This document shows positions 51,776 to 62,494 of a DNA stretch of 64,000 nt, piece by piece (the first letter of the stretch is position 1; the number at the start of each line of letters is the position of its first letter). Origin of the DNA: an uncultured Alphaproteobacteria bacterium. Its GTDB lineage: Bacteria > Pseudomonadota > Alphaproteobacteria > HIMB59 > GCA-002718135. Below the pieces are notes generated by a model. That model worked only from the letters and a program-made list of their open reading frames with translations, ran no database searches and was not told the origin of the DNA. The position numbers and the translations under genes are program-made. The DNA is taken from contig CACONS010000003.1 of NCBI GenBank assembly GCA_902628645.1, forward strand, positions 1,221 to 65,220, written 5' to 3'.

Positions 51776-52385
51776 AAATTTAGTTCATGCAGATTTTCCC
51801 TTTAATCACTGGGTATTTAGTAAATGTTTGGAAGAAGGTGCATTAGATGAAATCTCCTATAGTAATATACCGTCAGGTGACAGAATGTATGATGGCACAA
51901 GAGCTGCTGATCATACAGGGCAAGGAATTGATGGTAAATTAAGACTCTTTATAACGAAGGATAATTGCCAAAATTTTCCATATCTTACAAAGTTAATTCA
52001 ATCCTTACAAAGTTTAAAAATTGTCAATAAAATATCAAAAATAATTAATAAAGATTTATCAAGTTCATATGTCAGATTAGAAGTTATTGGCGATAAAAAA
52101 GGATTTTGGCTAAAGCCGCATAAAGATATAGCAGAAAAATTAATGACAATGATGGTTTGGGCAAATCCATACAATGAAGCAACAAATTTGGGTACAGACT
52201 TATATGATAAAAATTTTAAACTAGTTAAAACAATAGAATATATTCATAACAGTGGTTATTTCTTTTCTTCAGGAGAGGACACTTGGCATGGACTTGAATT
52301 AAAAGAAATTCAAAAAGAGAGAAGATGTATTCAAATAAATTATGTTACTTTTAATACAGATTGGCCTGTTGAAAAAAGTGACTGA
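51765..52385 (+). CDS. hypothetical protein, possible 2OG-Fe(II) oxygenase fold
   Basis: The ORF is well supported: 11-nt overlap with the upstream gene and a normal amino-acid composition. The function call rests only on a weak HxD (PHKDI) ... H (TWHG) ... R (RRCIQINY) pattern. Confidence 0.35.
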   Translation: MNLENLVHADFPFNHWVFSKCLEEGALDEISYSNIPSGDRMYDGTRAADHTGQGIDGKLRLFITKDNCQNFPYLTKLIQSLQSLKIVNKISKIINKDLSSSYVRLEVIGDKKGFWLKPHKDIAEKLMTMMVWANPYNEATNLGTDLYDKNFKLVKTIEYIHNSGYFFSSGEDTWHGLELKEIQKERRCIQINYVTFNTDWPVEKSD

Positions 52386-52402
52386 ATTATTAATTTAAAC
52401 AT

Positions 52403-53344
52403 ATGAGTGAAAAAATAGAAAATGATGTATTAATTATTGGGTCTGGACCAGCAGGTTATACTGCTGCAATATATGCAGCAAGAGCAAATTTAAAACCACA
52501 TCTAGTTTCAGGTTTAGAGCCAGGCGGTCAGCTAACTATCACTACAGATGTTGAAAACTATCCAGGATTTGAAAATGTTATTCAAGGCCCTTGGCTTATG
52601 GAACAAATGAAAGAACAAGCTGTAAAAGTTGGAACAATTTTTCATAATGATATTGTAAGTTCAGTAGATTTTGAAAAAAATCCATTTATTTCCAAAACTG
52701 AGTCAGGAAAAGAATTTGTATCCAAATCAATAATTATTGCAACAGGTGCTCAAGCTAGATGGCTGAATCTGGAAAGTGAAAAAAAATTTAAAGGTTTTGG
52801 TATTTCTGCTTGTGCAACCTGTGACGGATTTTTCTTTAAAGATCAACAAGTAGCAGTGATAGGTGGAGGTAATAGTGCAGTAGAGGAAGCAATGTTTTTG
52901 ACTAAATTTGCTTCAAAGGTATTACTAATCCATAGAAGAGATAGTTTACGAGCTGAAAAAATTTTGCAAGAAAGACTATTTAACAATAAAAAAATTGAAG
53001 TAGTTTGGAACAGTAAGGTTACTGAATTTGTTGGAGAAGAAAATCCAAATGAATTAAAAAAAATTATTTTAGAAAACACATTAGATGGCACCAAAGCGAC
53101 AATAGATGTAAATGGTGCATTTATAGCTATAGGACATGATCCTGCTACTTCACTTTTTATTGATAAGTTAAAAATGGATGAAGAAAATTATATAATTACT
53201 AAACCTGATAGCACTGAAACAAGTATCAAGGGAGTCTTTGCAGCCGGGGATGTAAAAGATAAAATTTATAGACAAGCTGTAACTGCTGCTGGTATGGGTT
53301 GTATGGCTGCTTTAGAAGCAGAAAAATATATAACAGAAAATTAA
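52403..53344 (+). CDS. trxB: thioredoxin-disulfide reductase
   Basis: GSGPAGYTAA FAD motif, the CATCDG redox centre, the GGGNSAVEEA NADPH motif, and a C-terminal GVFAAGDV. Confidence 0.93.
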   Translation: MSEKIENDVLIIGSGPAGYTAAIYAARANLKPHLVSGLEPGGQLTITTDVENYPGFENVIQGPWLMEQMKEQAVKVGTIFHNDIVSSVDFEKNPFISKTESGKEFVSKSIIIATGAQARWLNLESEKKFKGFGISACATCDGFFFKDQQVAVIGGGNSAVEEAMFLTKFASKVLLIHRRDSLRAEKILQERLFNNKKIEVVWNSKVTEFVGEENPNELKKIILENTLDGTKATIDVNGAFIAIGHDPATSLFIDKLKMDEENYIITKPDSTETSIKGVFAAGDVKDKIYRQAVTAAGMGCMAALEAEKYITEN

Positions 53345-53470
53345 TTATCCCTGTCTTGCTTTCATTCGAGGATTTTTCTTATTGATCACATAAATTCTAC
53401 CTTTTCTGCGAACAACTTTACAATCCTTGTCTCTAATTTTGGCAGTTTTTAATGAACATTTAACTTTCAT
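53345..53470 (-). CDS. rpmJ: 50S ribosomal protein L36 (zinc-independent alphaproteobacterial type)
   Basis: Not in the ORF track because it is only 41 aa. The minus strand translates to [41 protein letters not shown]. Its stop abuts the trxB stop. Confidence 0.9.
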   Translation of the reverse strand: MKVKCSLKTAKIRDKDCKVVRRKGRIYVINKKNPRMKARQG

Positions 53471-53527
53471 AAAAATCGCTTTAAATTCTGGGATTTGTTT
53501 TGTCAAACATATATTATACGTTTTAGT

Positions 53528-55114
53528 ATGAGAAAGTTATCTTACCCAGGGAGATCTAATGTTTTAGCTCAAAATGGTATGGTGGCAACATCAAATCCAT
53601 TAAGTTCAATAGAGGCTATAAATGTGCTTAAAAAAGGTGGGAATGCGATTGATGCAGCTATTGCAGCTTCAGCTGTTCAAGCTGTAGTATGCCCTAGTGC
53701 AACAGGAATTGGCGGAGATTGCTTCGCTATTATTTCGATGAATGGAAAAAAACCAATTGCTGTAAATGGATCAGGAATTGCTCCCAAAAAGGCAAATTTA
53801 CAATTTTATAAAGACAATAAAATAAAACATATTGGTTTAACAAGCCCGCATTCAGTTACTATTCCAGGAGCAGTTCATGCATGGTGTTCTATGCATAAAA
53901 AATTTGGAAGAATTGATTTTAAAGAAGTTTTATCTGGAGCAGAAAATTTTGCTAGAAATGGATTTCCTATTCATGAAGTTGAAGCTATTGCTTGGAAAGA
54001 GAATGAAACAAAACTCAAAAAAAATCATAATTCTAAAAGATTATTTTTAAATAAAAATCTTAGTTATAGTTTTGGTGAAGTTTTTAAGAATGTCCCTTTA
54101 GCAAATACTTTAAGTGCAATCTCAAAAAATAAAATTAAAGGTTTCTATCAAAGCGAAATTACCAAAGATATGGTTAGGACACTAAACAAACTTGGAGGAC
54201 TACATACAGAAGAAGATTTCTATAATCAAAAAACATTATTTTCAGAAACAATAACTAATTTATATAGAGGTTTAAAAATCCATCAATGCCCTTTAAATAG
54301 TCCTGGTTTAGTTGTCTTGATGATGATGGCAATGACAGAAAAATTAAATATCAAAAAATACCATCCATCAAGTTTTGAAAGATATCATTTACAAGCTGAA
54401 ATTTCAAAAATATGTTTTGAAGTTAAGGAAACAATTTTTGGTGATCCAGATTTTAATAATATAAATGTAAAAGATTTTTTGAATAAAGAATTTATTAATA
54501 GTTTATGTGCCAAAATTAATAAGAAAAAGGTTTATTCATCAAAAAAAAGTTATGTGACTTCTCACCCTGAAACAATATATTTAAGTGTTGTGGATAAAGA
54601 TTTAAATTCAGTATCTTTTATTAATTCAATATGCCATGGTTTTGGAAGTGGAATTACTAGCAATAAAACAGGAATTCTTTTTCAAAATAGGGGAGTAAAT
54701 TTCAGATTAGAAGATGATCACCCTAACTCAATTGATAGTAATAAAAGACCTCTTCATACAATAATTCCTGGGCTGATAACTAATAAGAATAATGAGACAT
54801 TATATTCTTATGGTGTTATGGGAGGACAATATCAACCAATCGGTCAATCTCATTTGCTTCAAAATATACTTGACTACAACTTGTCAGTACAAGAAGGCTT
54901 AGATTTACCTCGAGCATTTGCTCTTAATGGTCTTTTAAATGTTGAAAATTCTTTAGATGATAAAATTGTAAAAAAATTAAAAAATATTGGTCATAAAATT
55001 ACAATAAATAAAAATTCTATTGGTGGCGGTCAATGTATAAAAATAGATAGAAAAAATGGAGTACTTATTGGAGGATCAGATCCACGAAAGGATGGTATGG
55101 CAATAGGCTATTAA
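53528..55114 (+). CDS. ggt: gamma-glutamyltransferase
   Basis: GGDCFAI, a nucleophile-Thr region (ETIYLSVVD), and [10 protein letters not shown] prefer ATG 53528 (MRKLSYPG) over the TTG at 53495. Confidence 0.87.
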   Translation: MRKLSYPGRSNVLAQNGMVATSNPLSSIEAINVLKKGGNAIDAAIAASAVQAVVCPSATGIGGDCFAIISMNGKKPIAVNGSGIAPKKANLQFYKDNKIKHIGLTSPHSVTIPGAVHAWCSMHKKFGRIDFKEVLSGAENFARNGFPIHEVEAIAWKENETKLKKNHNSKRLFLNKNLSYSFGEVFKNVPLANTLSAISKNKIKGFYQSEITKDMVRTLNKLGGLHTEEDFYNQKTLFSETITNLYRGLKIHQCPLNSPGLVVLMMMAMTEKLNIKKYHPSSFERYHLQAEISKICFEVKETIFGDPDFNNINVKDFLNKEFINSLCAKINKKKVYSSKKSYVTSHPETIYLSVVDKDLNSVSFINSICHGFGSGITSNKTGILFQNRGVNFRLEDDHPNSIDSNKRPLHTIIPGLITNKNNETLYSYGVMGGQYQPIGQSHLLQNILDYNLSVQEGLDLPRAFALNGLLNVENSLDDKIVKKLKNIGHKITINKNSIGGGQCIKIDRKNGVLIGGSDPRKDGMAIGY

Positions 55115-55115
55115 T

Positions 55116-56153
55116 CTATACTTTCCCAAAAGTGTCATTATACTGATTATTTACCCTTACAAAAGTTGTGCACTTACTAAGTTGCTTTAATGATGAGGCT
55201 CCAACATAAGTACAACTACTTCGTACTCCTCCCAAAATATCTCTAATTGTACCATCTAATGATTTCTTCATTAAAATTTTTACTTTTTTACCTTCAGAAG
55301 ATCTATAGCTAGCTAAACCACCATAATGTTTTTCATTTGCCTCTTCAGAGCTTGACCCATAAAATTCTATAAATTTATTTCCATTTTCTTCTACTTCACT
55401 GCCTCCACCCTCTATATGACCTGCTAACATTCCACCAAGCATCACAAAATCAGCACCAGCACCAAATCCTTTAGCAACATCACCTGGACACGTACATCCC
55501 CCATCAGCAATAATATGTGCTCCTAGACCGTGTGCTGCATCTGCGCATTCCATTACGGCACTTAGTTGCGGATACCCTACTCCTGTTTGGATTCTTGTAG
55601 TACATACACTTCCTGGACCAATACCAACTTTTACGATATCAGCCCCACTTAATACTAGTTCTTGAGTCATATCAGCAGTTACTACATTACCTGCAATAAT
55701 AATTTTCTTTGGATATTTTTTTCTTACTTCTGAAACAAACTTACTAAAATTCTCAGAATATCCATTTGCGACATCGATGCATATAAACTTGAATTTTGGA
55801 AATTTTTTCAAAATTTTATTTAATCTGTCATAGCTATCTCTGCTAGTGCCACAACTAAGAGCAATTAAATTATAAAAGATACTTTTTTTATAAATAGAAG
55901 CGATTTGATCTATATCATGTTGCTTAGTTAACGCTGTCATTAAATTGTGTGAACTCAACTTTTTCGCAATACCAATTTCACCAACACCATCCATATTAGA
56001 TGCAATTATCGGAACACCTTGCCAAGATAATTTAGAGTATTTGAATGTGTATTTTCTATTTAAGTCCACATCTTTTCTACTTTTAAGAGTACTCCTCTTC
56101 GGTCTAAATAACACGTCAGAATAGTCAAGTTTTATTTCTTCTTCAATTCTCAT
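55116..56153 (-). CDS. guaC: GMP reductase
   Basis: [27 protein letters not shown]-terminus, [14 protein letters not shown] (catalytic Cys), and [14 protein letters not shown]. 345 aa with no CBS insert. Confidence 0.93.
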   Translation of the reverse strand: MRIEEEIKLDYSDVLFRPKRSTLKSRKDVDLNRKYTFKYSKLSWQGVPIIASNMDGVGEIGIAKKLSSHNLMTALTKQHDIDQIASIYKKSIFYNLIALSCGTSRDSYDRLNKILKKFPKFKFICIDVANGYSENFSKFVSEVRKKYPKKIIIAGNVVTADMTQELVLSGADIVKVGIGPGSVCTTRIQTGVGYPQLSAVMECADAAHGLGAHIIADGGCTCPGDVAKGFGAGADFVMLGGMLAGHIEGGGSEVEENGNKFIEFYGSSSEEANEKHYGGLASYRSSEGKKVKILMKKSLDGTIRDILGGVRSSCTYVGASSLKQLSKCTTFVRVNNQYNDTFGKV

Positions 56154-56215
56154 AAATATATTCGCCTAATTGTATTAAATAATTTAAAAATTAAAACAAA
56201 TATAAATTAATATCT

Positions 56216-57097
56216 ATGAACTTAAATACGTTAATAAATATAAACAAAAAAAAATTTGATTTAAAATTTAAAAAACTTTTAAACAATAAACTAGATACAT
56301 CGATTCTATCTAAAGCAATGTATTATGGCTCTATTAATGGAGGGAAAAGAATAAGACCATTTCTAGTTATGGAGTCTGCAAAAATTGCTAAGATTTCCTC
56401 AAATGATGCTTTTATTATTGCATCAAGTATTGAATGTATTCATTCATATTCATTAATTCATGATGACTTACCATCAATGGATGATGATGATTATAGAAGA
56501 GGTAAATTAAGCACTCATAAAAAATTTAATGAGGCCACTGCTATTCTAGCTGGAGATGCTTTGCATGATTTAGCATTTGAATTGATATCTGGAAACCTTA
56601 ATGACAAAAATTGTATCTCTAAAATTAAATTAATAAATTATCTTTCATTATGCATTGGACACAAAGGTTTAGCTCTTGGTCAAGCTTTAGATTTAGACTT
56701 TGAAAATAAAAAATTATCTAAAAACAAGATTCTAGATATGTATTCAAGAAAAACTGGCAAATTATTTGAATTTTCTTTTTCTGCACCTTTTATCTTAAAA
56801 GATAAAAGTAAAGCCGACATTCAGTTCGCAAAAGAATATGGGATGTTATTTGGTTTAATATTTCAAGTGATTGATGACTTAATTGATGAAATTGGAACTT
56901 TTAAGAAAATTGGAAAAACACCAGGTAAGGATGCTAAGCAAGGTAAAAGTACTTTGCTAGGTTTGATTGGTGAAAGACAGGTTATTAATTTATGCAAGGA
57001 TAAATTAAATAATTTTGCAAATAAATATAAGAGGAGATTAAATAAAAATCGTATACTTTTATACTTACTTGAGTTTGGAATTAGGAGGTTAAATTAA
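56216..57097 (+). CDS. ispA: (2E,6E)-farnesyl diphosphate synthase / short-chain polyprenyl synthase
   Basis: First Asp-rich motif IHDDLPSMDDDDYRRG and second Asp-rich motif VIDDLIDE. Confidence 0.85.
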   Translation: MNLNTLININKKKFDLKFKKLLNNKLDTSILSKAMYYGSINGGKRIRPFLVMESAKIAKISSNDAFIIASSIECIHSYSLIHDDLPSMDDDDYRRGKLSTHKKFNEATAILAGDALHDLAFELISGNLNDKNCISKIKLINYLSLCIGHKGLALGQALDLDFENKKLSKNKILDMYSRKTGKLFEFSFSAPFILKDKSKADIQFAKEYGMLFGLIFQVIDDLIDEIGTFKKIGKTPGKDAKQGKSTLLGLIGERQVINLCKDKLNNFANKYKRRLNKNRILLYLLEFGIRRLN

Positions 57098-57504
57098 TAA
57101 TGTACGATTTTTTTTGCTATATATAAACCGGTAGTAGCTGAAATAGCTGTCAAAGAACCTCCCCAAAACATATCAACGAATGTTACGGTTGGTGACCAGC
57201 CTTTAAGTACGGCCATATTTGTCAAATTATAAGTACCATATGCTACCAAGCCGAATATAAAACCTGTGTAAATAGTTTTAAACAAACTTCCTGAGTCAAC
57301 GCATGGTTGAATTACCACCAGTGACATTCCAAATACATATAAAATGTAAAACAGAGCGGCTGCCCACATTACAGGTTTATCAGATAATAAGTTACCAATT
57401 AGAGGTCTATAAAATGTTTTGGTTGCAAAACTTAACCATATTACATCGATTATTAGAAAAATTATCGAAGCAATTAGTGTTGCCACAATTAAACATTTAA
57501 GCAT
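57094..57504 (-). CDS. DUF2177-like small integral membrane protein
   Basis: 136 aa with four predicted TM helices. The family assignment is from memory and tentative. Confidence 0.45.
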   Translation of the reverse strand: MLKCLIVATLIASIIFLIIDVIWLSFATKTFYRPLIGNLLSDKPVMWAAALFYILYVFGMSLVVIQPCVDSGSLFKTIYTGFIFGLVAYGTYNLTNMAVLKGWSPTVTFVDMFWGGSLTAISATTGLYIAKKIVHY

Positions 57505-57557
57505 ATATTATAAATAAATCATATTATTAAAATTCAAGGTATTTTTTAAATTAATTG

Positions 57558-57632
57558 TGGTGGGTGTGACAGGGATTGAACCTGTGACCCCTGCCGTGTC
57601 GAGGCAGTGCTCTACCGCTGAGCTACACACCC
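57558..57632 (-). tRNA. tRNA-Val (GAC anticodon)
   Basis: 75-nt cloverleaf on the minus strand: GGGUGUG/CACACCC acceptor, A73, encoded CCA, CUGCC-UCGACAC-GGCAG anticodon arm, GGUUCAAUCC T-arm. Position 33 reads C rather than U. Confidence 0.85.
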
Positions 57633-57847
57633 AAAAACTTATAAATACTTTAATATGATAAAAAGAATATAATTACTTTTGCGACTAAAGCAATATTTGA
57701 TAAATTATGTAATGATATTAAAATTACTTAATTTAACCTTTTTTTTAATTATTAATCAAATGAATAATATATTGATCAATTTTTTATTAAATAATAGTCA
57801 AAGCTTAGAATTTTTCATAAAACAAGTAAAGGAATATTGAGAGATAG

Positions 57848-58348
57848 ATGAAGGTAAAAAAAAATAATTTTACAGAAAATGAAATCTCTAAAGCTCTAAA
57901 AATTTATAACTATTTTATTGAAAATTCATTCTCTAATTTCGAAGAAAAAAAATTATCTAAATTGACATTTAATTTACTATTGAAAAAAATTAAAAATAAT
58001 AAGTTGCCATTTATTTTAGCAATTGAAGATAATAAAGTTATTGGATTAGCTTTTGTAAATAAATTTAGAGAAAAAAGTGGTTATAGATTTTCATATGAAC
58101 ATTCAATCTATGTTGATCCAGATTTCATAAATAATGGTTATGGAAATAATATACTAAAAGAACTTGTTAAAATATGTAGAAAAATTAAAAAAATTAAAAA
58201 TTTAATAGCAGTGATTGGTGGAAAAGATAATTTTGCTTCTATCAAAATACATAAAAAAAATGGATTTCAATATATTGGAACTATAGAGAAAGCTGGTTTT
58301 AAAAAAAATAAGTGGGTAGACTCGATTTATATGCAGAAAAGATTATGA
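57848..58348 (+). CDS. GNAT family N-acetyltransferase (phosphinothricin/MSO acetyltransferase-like)
   Basis: Acetyl-CoA binding region (VDPDFINNGYGNNILKEL) and the HKKNGF motif. Confidence 0.72.
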   Translation: MKVKKNNFTENEISKALKIYNYFIENSFSNFEEKKLSKLTFNLLLKKIKNNKLPFILAIEDNKVIGLAFVNKFREKSGYRFSYEHSIYVDPDFINNGYGNNILKELVKICRKIKKIKNLIAVIGGKDNFASIKIHKKNGFQYIGTIEKAGFKKNKWVDSIYMQKRL

Positions 58349-58809
58349 AAAAAGTAAACGCAAAGAATTTTAAAAAAACACTTAGCAAGTTTTCAACAGG
58401 AATTACTGTTGTATGTGTTAAAGATAATAATTCTATTTATGGGAAAACTGTTAATTCATTTAACTCTTTATCCCTAAACCCTCCTTTGGTTTTGTTTTCA
58501 TTAGGTAATTACTCGTCTTCAATAAAGAATTTTTCAAAAGCTAAATTTTTATCAATAAATATTTTATCTAGTAAACAAAAGAAATTATCTGATAATTTTG
58601 CTTCAACTATACCTAAATTAGAGAATATTAAATTTATTGAAGGAAAAAATAGAACAGCAATAATACCTAATTGTATAGCAAATCTTGAATGTAAACTTAT
58701 AGATAAAATAAAAAAAGGTGATCATATAATATTTATTTGTAAGATATTGGAATTACAATCTAATGATAAATTAAAACCTCTTATATATTTTAATTCAAAA
58801 TATTTTTAG
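58345..58809 (+). CDS. flavin reductase-like (FMN-binding split barrel) protein
   Basis: FSTGITVV..........NSF.S.SLNPPLV.FS pattern. I place the start at ATG 58345, an ATGA overlap with the GNAT stop. Confidence 0.72.
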   Translation: MKKVNAKNFKKTLSKFSTGITVVCVKDNNSIYGKTVNSFNSLSLNPPLVLFSLGNYSSSIKNFSKAKFLSINILSSKQKKLSDNFASTIPKLENIKFIEGKNRTAIIPNCIANLECKLIDKIKKGDHIIFICKILELQSNDKLKPLIYFNSKYF

Positions 58810-60102
58810 GTGTTTAGAATTTTAAGATATGTAATTTTTATTTCTCTAATATCATCAGGATATTATTTTTTTATTTCTGAATACTTTAACTTATTAGAAA
58901 AAAATTTGTTGGAGAAAGAAATAGTAAAAAAAGAAATATTAGAAGAGAAAAAAGAGATTATTGAAGAAAACAAAGAAGAGGCAGCTTTACCAAATATTGA
59001 AAAAAATATTGATAAATCAAAATATGTTGAGAAAAAAATTGAAATTTTACAAGGTGACACTTTTGTCTCAATTTTAGAGAATTTAAATTTTAAACAAAAA
59101 AAAATTTACGAAATTGTAAGTAAGATAGAAGACACTTTTGACTTAAAAAAAATCAAAACTGGAGAAATAATAAGTTTATTTGAAAATAAATTTGGAGAAA
59201 TAATAAAAATTGAGTTTTTCAAGGATAGTGAGACTATTATCTCTATTGATTTAGATAAGGAAATAAATTTAAATATAAGAGTATTAAGAAAGGAGTCATT
59301 CATTGAATCAAAAGAATATACAATTACAGAATCATTATTTTCAGATGGTATTGAAAATGGTGTATCACCAGATATTTTAGTCAAAATTATAAGGCTTTTT
59401 AGTTTTGATCTTGATTTTCAAAGGGATATTAGAGTCGATACTATTGTTTCAGTATCTTATGAATTTGATGAAATAGTTGAAACAGGCAGACTAGAATATA
59501 ACGATATCAAATATGCTTCGATAAAAATTGATGGAAAACAATTAGAATATTTTAAGTTTTTTACAGAAGATGGTTATGTTGATTATTTTAACAGAGAAGG
59601 AAAAAATGTTAAAAAATCAATTTTAAAAACACCTTTAGATGGTGCAAGAATTTCATCAAACTTTGGTATGCGTAAACATCCTATCTCAGGTTTCAATAAA
59701 ATGCATAAAGGTGTTGATTTTGCTGCACCCACAGGAACACCGATTTATGCTGGAGGGAATGGAATAGTTGAGTACGTTGGAAGAAATGGAGGATATGGAA
59801 AATATATTCGTATAAGACATAATAATGGATATAAAACGGCTTATGCACATTTATCAAATTACAAGAAAGGCATTTCTAAAGGAGTAAGGGTTAACCAAGG
59901 CGAGGTTATAGGTTATGTAGGTAGTACAGGGAATTCTACGGGACCTCATCTACATTATGAAATTATTTATCAAAATAAACATATTAATCCTCTAAAACTA
60001 AAACTTCCTTCTGGGAAAATACTGGATGGTAAAGAGTTAGAAAAATTTCAAGTGGAATATAAAATGATATATGCAGATCATTTGAGTATGTTATACGAAT
60101 AA
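58810..60102 (+). CDS. M23 family metallopeptidase (MepM/NlpD-like murein endopeptidase)
   Basis: N-terminal TM anchor, plus HKGVDFAAPTGTPIYA and GNSTGPHLHYE zinc-site motifs. The GTG start immediately follows the upstream stop. Confidence 0.85.
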   Translation: MFRILRYVIFISLISSGYYFFISEYFNLLEKNLLEKEIVKKEILEEKKEIIEENKEEAALPNIEKNIDKSKYVEKKIEILQGDTFVSILENLNFKQKKIYEIVSKIEDTFDLKKIKTGEIISLFENKFGEIIKIEFFKDSETIISIDLDKEINLNIRVLRKESFIESKEYTITESLFSDGIENGVSPDILVKIIRLFSFDLDFQRDIRVDTIVSVSYEFDEIVETGRLEYNDIKYASIKIDGKQLEYFKFFTEDGYVDYFNREGKNVKKSILKTPLDGARISSNFGMRKHPISGFNKMHKGVDFAAPTGTPIYAGGNGIVEYVGRNGGYGKYIRIRHNNGYKTAYAHLSNYKKGISKGVRVNQGEVIGYVGSTGNSTGPHLHYEIIYQNKHINPLKLKLPSGKILDGKELEKFQVEYKMIYADHLSMLYE

Positions 60103-60516
60103 CTACTTTGTTGATCTTGTTCTTTTTTCTTTAGATGGCTCAGCTATAAATGGAATAGATTCAATAGAATCATCTTCTGCTTTATCACTATTATTTACCT
60201 CGATAGTTTCATTTTCTGTATCTGAAGTTTGTTCATTTGAAGTACTTTGTTTTTGCTCATCAAAATTTGTATTTTCTTCAACATTAATACCAAGCTCAAC
60301 CATTATTCTGAAATAGTGATCAGTAAATTGATAATAGTATTCAGATTGAATTCTATCACCTGATCTTGATGCTTCTTTAGCAAGTTTTAAATACTTGTTA
60401 TATTGCTGGGATACATTTCCTCTATTTCTATTATTGAAATTTTTGTATCCTCCAGGTTTCTTAAAACTGGTTCTTCTATTACTCTTATAAGCGGGTCTAC
60501 CGTTTTTTTTATACAT
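60103..60516 (-). CDS. DUF4167 domain protein
   Basis: Basic N-terminus, then the Y.KYL.LA......GDRI..E...Q..DHY.R pattern typical of this alphaproteobacterial family, then an acidic tail. Confidence 0.55.
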   Translation of the reverse strand: MYKKNGRPAYKSNRRTSFKKPGGYKNFNNRNRGNVSQQYNKYLKLAKEASRSGDRIQSEYYYQFTDHYFRIMVELGINVEENTNFDEQKQSTSNEQTSDTENETIEVNNSDKAEDDSIESIPFIAEPSKEKRTRSTK

Positions 60517-60594
60517 ATTTTTAGGAAATTAAAAATTTTATTAAATTATTAATCTTTTTTTAGTATCTATACAGTTCATTTAATTTATTTCAAC

Positions 60595-61425
60595 TTATAT
60601 CTTTGAAAAACTAAGGATTCTGTCGATTCCTTGCAGATCATGAGTAATATTAATTAAATCTAATCCTGAATTTTGAAAAATTACTTCACAATCTTGTCGT
60701 TGATTAATTCCAATTTCACATACAAAATAAGCTTTTTTATTCATCAAATTATGAAGAGTATTTGAGTATTCTCTATAAAATTTCAACCCATCATCTCCTC
60801 CGACTAAAGCTAATTTAGGTTCAAAATTTTTTACTTCTGGATCTGTATTATTAAACTGATCATTTGTTAAGTATGGTGGATTAGATACAATCAAGTCAAA
60901 CTTGGAACTAATATTTTTAAAATCAATGAGTTTAAATTGAATTTGATTACCACAATTATGTATTTTTGAGTTTTTAACTGCAACTTCTAATGCTTTTTGT
61001 GAAATATCTATAGCTGTAATAGACGCGTTTTCAAATTCCTTAGCAAGTGATATTGCAATACAGCCTGATCCAGTGCCAATATCTAATATTTTTAATTTTT
61101 GATTTTTGTTCTTATAAATAGTTAAAACTTGTTCAATTATTAATTCTGTTTCTGGACGCGGATCTAAAACAAAATTATTTACGTAAAAATCATATTTCCA
61201 GAAAGATTTATTATTAATAATTTTAGCTATTGACTGTCTGTTAATTCTTTTTTGAAGTGATTTTTTAAAAGTAGCGGTATCAATACTATCTATATTTAGA
61301 TTACTCAAAATAATTTCATTATTTTTTTTTGAAGCATGCTTAAGTAAAATTCTTAGATCTAGTTCTGGATTATTTATATTTTTTTGTTTTAATTTTTTTA
61401 AACTCTCTTTAATTAAATTATTCAT
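60595..61425 (-). CDS. prmC: peptide chain release factor N5-glutamine methyltransferase
   Basis: [13 protein letters not shown] motif and the NPPY substrate motif. An 8-nt overlap with prfA matches the usual prfA-prmC arrangement. Confidence 0.88.
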   Translation of the reverse strand: MNNLIKESLKKLKQKNINNPELDLRILLKHASKKNNEIILSNLNIDSIDTATFKKSLQKRINRQSIAKIINNKSFWKYDFYVNNFVLDPRPETELIIEQVLTIYKNKNQKLKILDIGTGSGCIAISLAKEFENASITAIDISQKALEVAVKNSKIHNCGNQIQFKLIDFKNISSKFDLIVSNPPYLTNDQFNNTDPEVKNFEPKLALVGGDDGLKFYREYSNTLHNLMNKKAYFVCEIGINQRQDCEVIFQNSGLDLINITHDLQGIDRILSFSKI

Positions 61426-62494
61426 TTTTCATATTTGCTAACTTTGTACTCTCTTCTTCAGCAATTAAAGGATTTATCAACTCATCTATGTTACCTTCAA
61501 GTATTTCTGATAAATTATACAATGTAAGATTTATTCTATGGTCAGAAACCCTCCCTTGTGGAAAATTATATGTTCTTATTCTTTCAGATCTATCTCCAGA
61601 ACCTACTTGACTTTTTCTTTGTTCGGATCTTTCTTTATTTTTTTCTTGTATTTGATTATCTAGTAATCTTGAACGTAAAATCTTTAAAGCCTTTGCTTTA
61701 TTTTTATGTTGAGATTTTTCATCTTGTTGAGAAACTACTATCCCTGTTGGAATGTGTGTTATTCTTACAGCACTATCGGTAGTATTAACAGATTGTCCTC
61801 CAGGTCCACTTGACCTAAAAACATCAATTCTTAAATCTTTATCAAGAACTTCAATATCAACCTCTTCAGCTTCAGGTAGAACTGCCACAGTAGCAGCCGA
61901 TGTATGTACTCTTCCGCTACTTTCTGTTGTTGGAACCCTTTGTACTCTATGAACACCAGATTCAAATTTTAATTTTGAAAAAACATTTAATCCTGAAATA
62001 TTACAAATAGCCTCCTTTACACCTTTTAAACCGGTTTCTGATATTGATAAAATATCAAATTTCCATGAATTTAAATCGGCATATCTCTGATACATATTCA
62101 ATAAATCAGAGGCGAAAAGTGAAGCTTCATCACCTCCAGTGCCAGCTCTAATTTCTAAAATTGAATTTTTAGAGTCATTTTCATCTTTTGGTATAAGTAA
62201 TTTTAATAATTCCTGTTCAAGATCTTTGATTTGATTTTTTTTTTCAATGAGTTCTGACTCAGCTATTTTACTAATTTCTAAATCATTATCTTTTACTAGT
62301 TCATTAAGATTTAATATATCTTTTTGTAAATCATTGTATTCTTGAATTTTTTCTACAATTGGTCGGAGATCAGAATATTCTCTATTTAATTTAATTAATT
62401 CATTTGAGTCAATATTATTCATATTGTTTAATGAATTTTCTATTAATTTAAATTTTTCTAAAATTATTGTAAATTGTTTATCTAGATTTATCAT
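61418..62494 (-). CDS. prfA: peptide chain release factor 1
   Basis: SGPGGQSVN (GGQ) and [10 protein letters not shown] (PxT tripeptide, RF1 type). No frameshift site. Confidence 0.95.
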   Translation of the reverse strand: MINLDKQFTIILEKFKLIENSLNNMNNIDSNELIKLNREYSDLRPIVEKIQEYNDLQKDILNLNELVKDNDLEISKIAESELIEKKNQIKDLEQELLKLLIPKDENDSKNSILEIRAGTGGDEASLFASDLLNMYQRYADLNSWKFDILSISETGLKGVKEAICNISGLNVFSKLKFESGVHRVQRVPTTESSGRVHTSAATVAVLPEAEEVDIEVLDKDLRIDVFRSSGPGGQSVNTTDSAVRITHIPTGIVVSQQDEKSQHKNKAKALKILRSRLLDNQIQEKNKERSEQRKSQVGSGDRSERIRTYNFPQGRVSDHRINLTLYNLSEILEGNIDELINPLIAEEESTKLANMKNE

